NCBI GenBank assembly: GCA_963741955.1 | Contig: CAVUKB010000007.1 | Coordinates: forward strand, 928,001-992,000 | DNA length: 64,000 nt | From: an uncultured Acidobacteriota bacterium | GTDB lineage: Bacteria > Acidobacteriota > Thermoanaerobaculia > Gp7-AA8 | Direction: 5' to 3' | Position numbers and translations under genes: made by a program | The notes under the pieces: generated by a model | The model's input: only the letters and a program-made list of their open reading frames with translations | Database searches by the model: none | What the model was told of the DNA's origin: nothing | In this document: piece after piece, positions 50,801 through 58,717 of the stretch | How the letters are laid out: the number at the start of each line of letters is the position of its first letter | Position numbering within the stretch: the stretch's first letter is position 1

Positions 50801-52729
50801 AATCCGGTCAGCGCCCTGAGTTTCACCGACGACCTCGGCGCGATGCTCAGCGGAGCCGTTGCGGTGGGACTCCCGATGAGCGACGCCTGCGGCGCAGGCT
50901 CGACGCTCTCCGGAACGTCGGTGCTGACACTGACCGGCGGCTCACTCGCCGCCGGTGGGACCTGCACCATCACCGTTCCGGTCCAGATTCCGGCGGCAGC
51001 GGCTCTCGGACCGTACACCAATACGAGCAGTGAGTTGCAGAGCGCGGGACTTCACGTGGCGGCACCCGCCACGGCGGTCCTCACCATCGAGCCGCCCCCG
51101 CTGTTCAGCAAGAGCTTCGCTCCCGCATCGATCCTGCCGGGCCAGCCGAGCACCCTGACGTTCACGATCGACGACTCGGCTGCCACAAACGCGGCCGGCG
51201 CCCTCGATTTCTCCGATGCTCTCCCTGCGGGCCTGACCGTCGCCACGCCGGCGAACGCTTCCACGACCTGCACCGGAGGAACTCTGACCGCAGCGTCGGG
51301 GAGCGGCTCGGTGAACTATGCCGGAGGGAGCGTCGCGGCGGGGTCGTCGTGCACTGTGCAGGTCGACGTCACCGCGAGCGCTGCCGGGTCGTACACGAAC
51401 GTCTCGGGTCCGCTCACCTCGTCATTCGGATCGAGTGGCACGGCGACGGCGAGCCTCCTCGTCTCGGAGGTCACGTTCGCGAAGTCATTCGTTCCCGGAC
51501 TCGCCCATGCCGGCGACACGATCCAGATGTCGTTCACTCTGACCAATCTCGATCCAGGCAACGCCGTTGCGAATCTCTCGTTCGGTGACGACCTCAACGC
51601 GATGCTCACTGGCGCGGTGGTCGCGGGTCTGCCGATGAACGACGTCTGCGGCGTCGGGTCGACTCTGTCGGGGACGTCGAACGTGACGCTGACCGGAGGC
51701 TCGCTCGCCGCCGGCGGAAGCTGCATCATCACGGTGCCGGTGCAGGTCCCTGCTGCTGCCGCTCTCGGAACCTACACCAATACCACCAGTGATCTTCTCC
51801 GCAGCGGGGTGCATCTCGCGAATCCCGCGTCGGCGAACCTCATCGTGGCGCTCGTACCGGCGTTCACCAAGACGTTCGCGCCAGCCGTGATCCCTTCGGG
51901 TCAGGTCAGCACCCTGACCTTCACGATCGACAACTCTGCGAGCGGAATTGCCGCGGACAACCTGGAGTTCAGCGATTCATTGCCCGCCGGGATGGTCATT
52001 GCGTCCCCAGCGAATGCCGCCACGACCTGCACTGGCGGGACCCTGACCGCCACCGCGGGGAGCGGCTCCGTGAGCTACAGCGGAGGAAGCGTTGCTGCAG
52101 CCGCGACGTGTACGGTGCAGACCGACGTGACGGCGAGCGGAGCCGGAACGTTCAGCAATACCTCCGGCGCGCTGACCTCGTCGCTCGGGTCGAGCGGCAC
52201 CGCGACGGCGGATCTCATCGTCTCACAGGTGACGTTCACGAAGTCGTTCTCTCCGACCGCCGTCCACCCCGGCGACACGGTGCAGCTCTCGTTCACTCTG
52301 ACCAACCTCGATCCGACCAACGCCGTTTCGGATCTCAGCTTCAGCGACGACCTCGATGCGATGATTCCCGGGCTGGTTGCGACGGGACTCCCGCAGAGCG
52401 ATGTCTGCGGCGCCGGATCACAGCTCAGCGGAACCTCTGTGGTCACCCTGACCGGAGGAACCCTACCCGCCGGCGGCCTCTGCACGTTCGCCCTGAATCT
52501 GGTCGTACCTGCAGGCACCGCCGATGGCACGTATGTCAATCACACCAGCAGCCTGACGTTCCGTGCCGGAGGTTCTCCCGTCGATGCAGGACCGGCGAGC
52601 GTCGCCGCGGCGAACCTGCAGGTCTCGACCGCAGTGATCGGAATTCCGGCTCTGAGCACGCACATGCTTCTACTGCTCGGGCTCCTGATGTCCATGGCTG
52701 CGCTACTGGTGGTGAATTTTCGGAAATGA
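47876..52729 (+). CDS. Large repetitive Ig-like (DUF11-type) surface protein with IPTL-CTERM-like sorting tail
   Basis: About 12 repeats K.F...V..G....L.FTI.N......FTD.L; C-terminal IPALS + TM + RK. Confidence 0.85.
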   Translation: MNIRLNSPLIRTLTLVTFALTVGATARAEAPYFSKAFSPQVIGPGSVSTLTFTISTAGEDFPAPADDLAFTDALPAGMTLAAPAMAGTDCAGGAVSAPDGGSTIGFSGGRLGVGLQCHVWANVTASTAGTYTNVSASLTSDQGDSGTAAADLTVSSSLPRFTKDFSPSTVTLNHASTLTFTIDDSAIPAFVVSLGFTDNLPAGLQVASPANVVNTCGGAVTATAGSSSISFAGGFLAANAICSIAVDVIPVLAGQMDNVTSALTSTAGNGGKASASLQVQQNVLVKAFTDDPVAPGTMGTLQFTVTNFNRSDAMSGVAFTDDLDAALSGMAAVGLPQNDVCGAGSSLSGTSLVSLTGGTLGAGESCTFSVPFQVPASTSAGSYVNTTSSVSYTVGGVGQTGPPGSDTLQVVAYPLLTKTFTDDPVAAGGTATMEFTITNSDPTNAASAITFTDNLANMLAGTTINMLPASGFCGGGSTAIQYSPAPGEFGLLVQGASLPAGGSCTFDVVLNVPAGATAGTYTNTTAPITATVNATSVTGKSASDDLVVASAPLLRKNFIDDPVEAGNTGTLRFTLTANANATGSVTGIGFTDDLDATLSGLVSTGLPVDGFCGAGSTLTGTSVLTMSGGMLAPGETCTFDVVFQVPAAASPGSYTNTTSTVSAIELGLPVTGAAASDSLVVSRLQLTKTFVGDPVAAGSSVVLHFDLTNQSSLGDYTNIAFTDNLSSALAGLTATGLPLNDVCGVGSQITGTTTLVFTGGSVPAGSSCSFDVPLQVPAAASAGDYFNTTSAVAADFNANPQTLSPASDVLSIRDPLTLMKEFTDDPVAPGDTVTLQFTIYDNVAQPATGISFTDDLDAALSGLVAVGLPMNDVCGAGSVLSGTSVISLTGGNLPASGTCTFQLTLQVPASVPAGTSPVNTTSQISGTVGGNSFSGAAASDTLLLDFITFGKAFAGAIGAGGTVDLTFTIDNLDPSNPVSALSFTDDLGAMLSGAVAVGLPMSDACGAGSTLSGTSVLTLTGGSLAAGGTCTITVPVQIPAAAALGPYTNTSSELQSAGLHVAAPATAVLTIEPPPLFSKSFAPASILPGQPSTLTFTIDDSAATNAAGALDFSDALPAGLTVATPANASTTCTGGTLTAASGSGSVNYAGGSVAAGSSCTVQVDVTASAAGSYTNVSGPLTSSFGSSGTATASLLVSEVTFAKSFVPGLAHAGDTIQMSFTLTNLDPGNAVANLSFGDDLNAMLTGAVVAGLPMNDVCGVGSTLSGTSNVTLTGGSLAAGGSCIITVPVQVPAAAALGTYTNTTSDLLRSGVHLANPASANLIVALVPAFTKTFAPAVIPSGQVSTLTFTIDNSASGIAADNLEFSDSLPAGMVIASPANAATTCTGGTLTATAGSGSVSYSGGSVAAAATCTVQTDVTASGAGTFSNTSGALTSSLGSSGTATADLIVSQVTFTKSFSPTAVHPGDTVQLSFTLTNLDPTNAVSDLSFSDDLDAMIPGLVATGLPQSDVCGAGSQLSGTSVVTLTGGTLPAGGLCTFALNLVVPAGTADGTYVNHTSSLTFRAGGSPVDAGPASVAAANLQVSTAVIGIPALSTHMLLLLGLLMSMAALLVVNFRK

Positions 52730-52951
52730 CCCGGAGAGAGCGCCGCGTACGCGGGCTTCCAGGAGGGTCGACCCGTAGCAGGTCGACGGTCGCCTCTCCC
52801 TCTCCCTCCCGGCGAGGCGGCCGGAGATGGACGTTCGCCGATCGGTCGGCCCCGCGGTGAAGGACACGGCGTCACCACGACCGACGATCGTCCGCGCGAG
52901 CGGATTCCGTTTGCGCGTGTCGTCGGCGGAAGGGACGGTACAATCCACTCC

Positions 52952-53746
52952 ATGCGCCTGTTGCCACTCGCAGTCGCGATCTTCCTCGCCACAGGCTCGT
53001 CGTCGCATCCTCCGGCGTCGCCGCTGCGGGTGATGACGTACAACATCCACGCGGGGAAGGACGCCGGCGGGGTCGACAATCTCGCGCGCGTCGCCGACGT
53101 GATCGCGAAGAGCGATGCGGAGATCGTTCTCCTCCAGGAGGTCGACCGGAACACGGCCCGCTCGGGAAACGTCGACCAGGCGGCCGAGCTCGAGCGGCTT
53201 ACCGGCTTCCACGCCGCGTTCGGAAAGTCGCTCGACTACCAGGGAGGAGAGTACGGGATCGCCATCCTCTCGCACTGGCCGATCACCCGGGCGACGACGG
53301 TGCATCTGCCGGTCGAGCCGACGCAGACGCGCGCGGGTGAATCGACCGAGCCGCGTGTCGCGCTGGTGATCGAGACGAAGACGCCGCTCGGCGCGCTCAC
53401 CGTCGTCGATACACATCTCGACGCATCGCGTGACGACCGCTACCGGCTCCAGGAAGTGCGCGAGCTCGTGTCGCTGGTGGGAGAGCAGAAGTCGTCGGAC
53501 ATCCTCGTCGGAGGTGACTTCAACTCGACTCCGACCAGCCGGATTCACGAAGTGATGATCGGGTCGGGACTCCGCGACGCATGGTCCGAATGCGCGAGCG
53601 CGGGTGAAGGCGCGACGTATCCCGCCGACACTCCCCGCGAGCGCATCGACTACCTCTACCTCGGCGACGCGTTTCACTGCGCGGCGGCGACCGTTCTCGA
53701 GACCCGGGCTTCGGACCATCGCCCGCTACTCGTCGAGCTGAGGTGA
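52952..53746 (+). CDS. Endonuclease/exonuclease/phosphatase family protein
   Basis: VMTYNIH, LQEVD, THL, GGDFN, RIDY, SDHRP. Confidence 0.92.
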   Translation: MRLLPLAVAIFLATGSSSHPPASPLRVMTYNIHAGKDAGGVDNLARVADVIAKSDAEIVLLQEVDRNTARSGNVDQAAELERLTGFHAAFGKSLDYQGGEYGIAILSHWPITRATTVHLPVEPTQTRAGESTEPRVALVIETKTPLGALTVVDTHLDASRDDRYRLQEVRELVSLVGEQKSSDILVGGDFNSTPTSRIHEVMIGSGLRDAWSECASAGEGATYPADTPRERIDYLYLGDAFHCAAATVLETRASDHRPLLVELR

Positions 53747-53877
53747 CTTCCGGCATCTGAGCGGCCAGGCTCCGCCACGCATGCATCGTTTTTTCTGAAC
53801 GCACAGAACGACCCTGTCGTGATTCGCGCGTTGATCCGGGATGGGAGACCGCCCTCAAGGCTCACACTCTTCGGCGA

Positions 53878-54378
53878 CTACTGCACGTCTTCGGACGCCC
53901 TCGGGTCGAACTGCGGAAGAAGGCGGTCACGGTCGTACGGTGGCGTTTCTTTCGGCGGGAGTGGCCGGTCGTCTTCCCGGAAGCTCTCCCGCTCGTCCTC
54001 GTCGGCGTAGTAACGGAGATAGATCTCGATGTCTTCTTCGCTGCAGCCGCCGATCGGACTGTAGAACCAGCCGCCCATCGGTGAGCCCGGAAGAATGGTC
54101 TCTTCCACGAGCACATGACCGACCAGATAGCGGTAAAGCTCACGGTCGCTGAGGTGGTTCGTCGACTCGACATAGATGCCGATCTCCGCCATCGCCTTCA
54201 GAATCGCCCAGAGGCGTTCGTAAAGCTTCGCGTCGTCGAGCGAGGTCTCGTCGGGGATCTCCACGCCGCGCGCGCGGAGGACCTCGATCGGCCTCTCCCC
54301 CTCTTCCTCGCCATCGTAGAAGCGGTCGATCCGCTCGATCTCTTCGATCGGATCATACTCGTCGTCGTTCGATTTCAT
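53878..54378 (-). CDS. Acidic hypothetical protein
   Basis: RBS GAGGTG; coherent ORF (TNHLSDRELY, YLRYYADE, PYDRDR.LP). Confidence 0.7.
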   Translation of the reverse strand: MKSNDDEYDPIEEIERIDRFYDGEEEGERPIEVLRARGVEIPDETSLDDAKLYERLWAILKAMAEIGIYVESTNHLSDRELYRYLVGHVLVEETILPGSPMGGWFYSPIGGCSEEDIEIYLRYYADEDERESFREDDRPLPPKETPPYDRDRLLPQFDPRASEDVQ

Positions 54379-54559
54379 CTCGTCACCTCGACGCGAGCTT
54401 CCCTCGGGTCGGTCGTCCAGTCAAGTGTTCTACTCCTCGTGGAATTTCCAGCCGAATGCGAATCACCTCTTCGCGCTGTTCGACCCGAACCACCCGAAAA
54501 CCGTGATTCGAAAGGAGAGAGCTGACCCCGGGACCTCGCGTGATCCTCGCGACCAGCGA

Positions 54560-55354
54560 TCAGGCAGCCGGCGCGGCCTGCTGTCTCGTACCGAGACGAA
54601 TCGCTTTCACGACGGCGATGATCCCGAAGATTACGAAGACCAACGCCCAGATCAGGGCGAGGATGTCGACGACGATCGCTCCGATCGCGTCGGTGATGCT
54701 GACGAGGAAAGAAGGGACGATTCCGTGCAGGAACGCGATCAGAATCGATGCGATGATGGAGGTCGCGTACATCACGAGAAGTCCGTATTGTCTAACGAAG
54801 CGCTGCTGGGCCAGGAGAAGGCACGCGCCGGCTCCGAGCTTCAGGAAAAGGATGAGAGAGAGGATGACGGCGGCTCCACCGCGGTCGAACGATCCGTAAA
54901 GTGCCATATACGCGATCGTTCCGAACGGGACGGCGAGAAAAAGGGTCAGCCGGACGGTCAGCTCGATGAGCAGGACAGGAATCTTCATCAGCGTCGCGAC
55001 AAGGACGAGGAACCCGGCGATCAGACCGATCAGCCCCTGAGTGCGGCCGTGAATGCGGTCTCCAACGACGATCGGAAGGGCAAGAAGGACAACGGTGAGT
55101 AGAAAGAGTCCATCCACGTAAGCCATGGTGTGAATGGCGAGACCGGGAGGGGTGTCGTGGGGTGTCGTCGCATCGCTCAGGTTCTTTTGGAGCTCCTGCT
55201 GTTCTTCGGGAGTCAAGCCCGCCAGATTGGCCGGCGCCGTTCGGGGAGGAGGGGGAACCTGCAGAAGAAGCGTCTCTCCGAGCTCCATGAGCACGGCCAG
55301 TGCGATCAGGACGAGAGCTAAGAACAGGAACGGCTTGCGCATCGAGTCGATCAT
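54560..55354 (-). CDS. Multi-pass membrane protein at the end of the CIS cluster
   Basis: About 6-7 hydrophobic helices; ATGA overlap with the upstream gene. Confidence 0.8.
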   Translation of the reverse strand: MIDSMRKPFLFLALVLIALAVLMELGETLLLQVPPPPRTAPANLAGLTPEEQQELQKNLSDATTPHDTPPGLAIHTMAYVDGLFLLTVVLLALPIVVGDRIHGRTQGLIGLIAGFLVLVATLMKIPVLLIELTVRLTLFLAVPFGTIAYMALYGSFDRGGAAVILSLILFLKLGAGACLLLAQQRFVRQYGLLVMYATSIIASILIAFLHGIVPSFLVSITDAIGAIVVDILALIWALVFVIFGIIAVVKAIRLGTRQQAAPAA

Positions 55355-55770
55355 CGGTCCTCCGCGACGAGACCGCAGTCGGCGCACCGTATGAACAAAG
55401 AGCCTCCGTCTCGCCGGATCGGGATGTGGGCAGGATCTTCCGGAGTAACCTTCATTCGAATGGCGTCACTGCTCCCCGCCGGGGTGTATCGGATCTCTGC
55501 CTCGCTGCCGGCCACCAGATGCAGGTGCGCTTTCCTGATCATCGACGAGGATTTCGCGACGGTCGCAACGCATCGGCCATCGACGTTCAGCAATCCCCCG
55601 ACCGCACAGGGGCCGGAGATCTCCGACATCCTGACCGGCCTGGAAGGGGCGATGCGTGCCAGTGTCTTCAGAATCCGTGGCGGATGTCGAACGTCGATCG
55701 TCCGCGAGTCGCCTCCACAAGCGACGGCGAGCGCGATCAGACTGATGGCGAGGAAGACATGACGTCGCAT
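55351..55770 (-). CDS. Putative lipoprotein
   Basis: Lipobox AVAC, RBS GGGAGG. Confidence 0.7.
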   Translation of the reverse strand: MRRHVFLAISLIALAVACGGDSRTIDVRHPPRILKTLARIAPSRPVRMSEISGPCAVGGLLNVDGRCVATVAKSSSMIRKAHLHLVAGSEAEIRYTPAGSSDAIRMKVTPEDPAHIPIRRDGGSLFIRCADCGLVAEDR

Positions 55771-55785
55771 CGTCCCTCCCGATCG

Positions 55786-55992
55786 TCAATGGTGCATGAT
55801 GAGTCCGGCGATGCTCGAGCCGATGACGACCAGCCCGATCACGACCATCAGGATCGTGTATCCGGGTGAACTGGCCGGCACCGCACCGCTCTCTCCTCTC
55901 GCGTTGCGAACGATGAGCGGCCCCCACTTGAAAATTCCGGCGAGGATGAAAACCACGCCGACGACGATTCCTATGATTGCTCCGACGACCAT
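55786..55992 (-). CDS. Small two-TM membrane protein
   Basis: Strong RBS GGAGGAGG, two hydrophobic helices. Confidence 0.7.
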   Translation of the reverse strand: MVVGAIIGIVVGVVFILAGIFKWGPLIVRNARGESGAVPASSPGYTILMVVIGLVVIGSSIAGLIMHH

Positions 55993-56005
55993 GCCTCCTC
56001 CTTCC

Positions 56006-56188
56006 TCATTTGGCTGCGATCATGATGATGCCGCCGACGACGAACGCTGCACTGAGCAGACCCTCGATGACCCGCAGAGCCGTGCTGTTGACGGCGTGTC
56101 CCTGTACGAATGCCGGAATGAACATGAAGATGGAATTGGCAATCCCGAACAGCCCGATCAGAATGAATACGATCCCGATGATGATCAT
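56006..56188 (-). CDS. Small two-TM membrane protein
   Basis: RBS GGGAGG, two hydrophobic helices. Confidence 0.7.
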   Translation of the reverse strand: MIIIGIVFILIGLFGIANSIFMFIPAFVQGHAVNSTALRVIEGLLSAAFVVGGIIMIAAK

Positions 56189-56309
56189 CTGCTTCCTCCC
56201 GTTCAGAACACGTCCCTAATCGCCGGTCACCCGTCATTCGAGTGGAGACGGCACCCGTAGTATCCTTCCATCGGCGCGGTCACACGGTCCAGGTATCGAC
56301 CTCTCGCGC

Positions 56310-57335
56310 TCAGTGAGACGGTAAGGTCATGCTCTTCTCCCTGAATATCTCGGCCTGTCTCTTCAAGAGTGGCGACATCTCTGAAATGTGTGGATCGAGG
56401 AGCCAGGGGTGGAACCGATTCTGTGCGATCACCACGGTCACATGACTCTGCCTGGCGACCTTCGAACCGGCCGGCGGTCTCAGGCCGATCACGGTTCCGA
56501 ACGATCCGTTCGCCACCACCGGAATGGGATCGGGAATGAGGCCGGCCTGATAGATCCGGAGCATTGCGGTGTCTCCCTTCAGGCCGTTGACCCGCGGGAC
56601 TGCAACTTCGTCTGCGACTTCCTCTTCCGAGACCGCCTGCTCGAGCCGAGCGGCCTCGGCATCCGAGAGTCGAGTCGCTTCGTCTTTCGCGAGATCGAGA
56701 GCGACCTGGCGGCGTGTCGCGACGGTCAATGTCACCAGACTGCCTTTCCCGGTCCTCTCGCCCTCACCGGGACTCTGATCGAGCACGATTCCTGCATCGA
56801 CTGTAGCGTCCTTCCGTCCGTCGAGGCCGACCTGAAATCCGGTTTCCTGTAGAGTTCTGATCGCGGCGATGAACGGCTCCCCGTTGACGCCCGGTACTAC
56901 TTTTCTCTGAAGCAGGTACCACACACTGATTCCGACCACGATCAGCACGACGGCGGCAGCGACCCAGATCCACCATAGTGACCTCTGGCCTTCGGCCACC
57001 TTGAAGTGGACCGTCGGACCCTCGTCGTACTCTTCGCCCGTCCTGCGAAGCGCCGAAGTCATGTCGAAGCGGAAGGCGTAAGTGCCGGCCTTGGTTCCCT
57101 GCGGGACCGCCACGTTCACGTCGAACTGATTGACTCCATTCGGCGTGAAGTCACGTTCGCTGTCTCCAGCGATGGTCAACCATTCCGCTTTGGTCGATCC
57201 CTGCGCGACGACTTTGGCCATGGCGCGATCGATCTGGCCGCTCACATTGGTGACCGTATATGCAACGGTCGTCTTCCCCGTAGCGTCCAGAGTCAGTGAC
57301 TGTGAGGGTGTGGTGATTGTGTATTTATGCGCCAT
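56310..57335 (-). CDS. Bitopic protein: N-terminal Ig-like domain, TM helix, two PASTA domains
   Basis: WWIWVAAA TM; VPGV.G...VLDQSP..G...G..VTL and VPRV.G...P.AG..V PASTA-like repeats. Confidence 0.75.
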   Translation of the reverse strand: MAHKYTITTPSQSLTLDATGKTTVAYTVTNVSGQIDRAMAKVVAQGSTKAEWLTIAGDSERDFTPNGVNQFDVNVAVPQGTKAGTYAFRFDMTSALRRTGEEYDEGPTVHFKVAEGQRSLWWIWVAAAVVLIVVGISVWYLLQRKVVPGVNGEPFIAAIRTLQETGFQVGLDGRKDATVDAGIVLDQSPGEGERTGKGSLVTLTVATRRQVALDLAKDEATRLSDAEAARLEQAVSEEEVADEVAVPRVNGLKGDTAMLRIYQAGLIPDPIPVVANGSFGTVIGLRPPAGSKVARQSHVTVVIAQNRFHPWLLDPHISEMSPLLKRQAEIFREKSMTLPSH

Positions 57336-57380
57336 GGCGGTTCTCCTGATCTCTCATTCGAGTTCATTCGTCGTGTCGCC

Positions 57381-58196
57381 TCATCCCAGCACTCGCCGGC
57401 TGGCAGCCAGAGCGTTGTCTCGGGCGGTCTGGTCGCGCGTCGCGGGAGGGACACAGACGTGATCGTCCGGCGACGCGTCCCGCCAAACGAACCCTTGGCG
57501 GCAGGAGTCCGGCCCCCAGGGCCCTCCATGAGGCGACCGGCGGCCGGCCGCGAGCTCGTTGTCGCGCGCTGCCTGCGCTCGCGTCTGAGGGGTGACGCAG
57601 ACGTGATCTTCGGGGAAGGCTTCACGCCAGACGAATCCTGTCTTGCAGGTATCCGGTCCATACGGAAGAACCGGAATCACTCTCGCCGGGTCGAATGTAT
57701 GAGTCGGGCCCGACGGCGGCGCAGGTACCGGGTCGGGGATCGGTGCGGGCCCCGGAGGATGCGGTCGAAAGGCGAGGTAACCTCCGACTCCCAGGACCAC
57801 GATTACGAGCGCTGCCGCGACCCAGATCCACCACCGGCTGTCGGGCTTCTTCGCGGTTGCACTCGCCGCGAACTTCACGATCGGCCCCTCTTCATGGTCT
57901 TCACCGGTTTTGCGTGCGGAGACGACGTCGAGGCGAAAGGCATACGAGCCGGCTGGTGTGCCGGAGGGGAGCTCGATGGCGACCACGTATTGATTCACTC
58001 CATTCACCGCGAACTCGCGGTCGCTCTCCCCTGCGATTGTCAACCAGGCGGCCTGCGTGGCGGCCTGTGGGACGACCAGAGCCATTCCGCGCTCCGGTGC
58101 CCCACTGACGTTGGTCACGGTGAATGCAATCTCGCCTTTACCGTTCGCGTCGAGCTGAATCGATTCTTGCGGTGTGGTGATCGTGAATTTGCGCAT
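57381..58196 (-). CDS. Bitopic protein: paralogous Ig-like domain, TM helix, Pro linker, two Cys-containing repeats
   Basis: N-terminus similar to the 56310 gene; GPD.C..GFVWR.A...DHVCV.P.TR.Q.ARDN.LAA.RR twice. Confidence 0.75.
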   Translation of the reverse strand: MRKFTITTPQESIQLDANGKGEIAFTVTNVSGAPERGMALVVPQAATQAAWLTIAGESDREFAVNGVNQYVVAIELPSGTPAGSYAFRLDVVSARKTGEDHEEGPIVKFAASATAKKPDSRWWIWVAAALVIVVLGVGGYLAFRPHPPGPAPIPDPVPAPPSGPTHTFDPARVIPVLPYGPDTCKTGFVWREAFPEDHVCVTPQTRAQAARDNELAAGRRSPHGGPWGPDSCRQGFVWRDASPDDHVCVPPATRDQTARDNALAASRRVLG

Positions 58197-58717
58197 CACT
58201 CCTCCCTGCTGGGACGTGTGACGTCGATCGTGCACGTCACATAGGCTGGTTTCTCCATCGCGACGATTCTTTCAATCAGATCGCGATGGGTCGTGGCTTC
58301 GGCCGGAATGTGGAGGTCGAAGTGGAACGGTCTCGTTCCTTCCTCGATGACGAATTCTCGACTGCCGGTGGCAACTGCGAGGATCTCGAGCAGCCCCTTG
58401 GTCGTGCCGCGCCACTTCCCGAGACGAGCCGCGGCGGCGACCAGCTCGCGCAGGCGCCCGGTCCCGGCACTGATACCGGCGGTGCCATCGGAGCGAAGCT
58501 CGAGGATCGGCTCCAGGCCGAGCCAGGACGCGAGAACGGGGACGAATGCATCCGGCGCGGTGAACGGGTTCAGCACGGCGCTGAATGTGGAGAGCACCCG
58601 TTCCGATGGGGCGTGCATCGATTCCATCACCCCGAGCAGTGCGGCAAGGGGAGGAGAGAAGTCCACCGTGCGCCGGATCACGGTCGGAAGGAGCTGGGCG
58701 ATCTGCTCCTGCTTCAT
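58196..58717 (-). CDS. Phage tail protein I-like baseplate wedge subunit (CIS)
   Basis: NP..AP..F...LASW, RGT..GL, EKPA.V. Confidence 0.8.
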   Translation of the reverse strand: MKQEQIAQLLPTVIRRTVDFSPPLAALLGVMESMHAPSERVLSTFSAVLNPFTAPDAFVPVLASWLGLEPILELRSDGTAGISAGTGRLRELVAAAARLGKWRGTTKGLLEILAVATGSREFVIEEGTRPFHFDLHIPAEATTHRDLIERIVAMEKPAYVTCTIDVTRPSREE

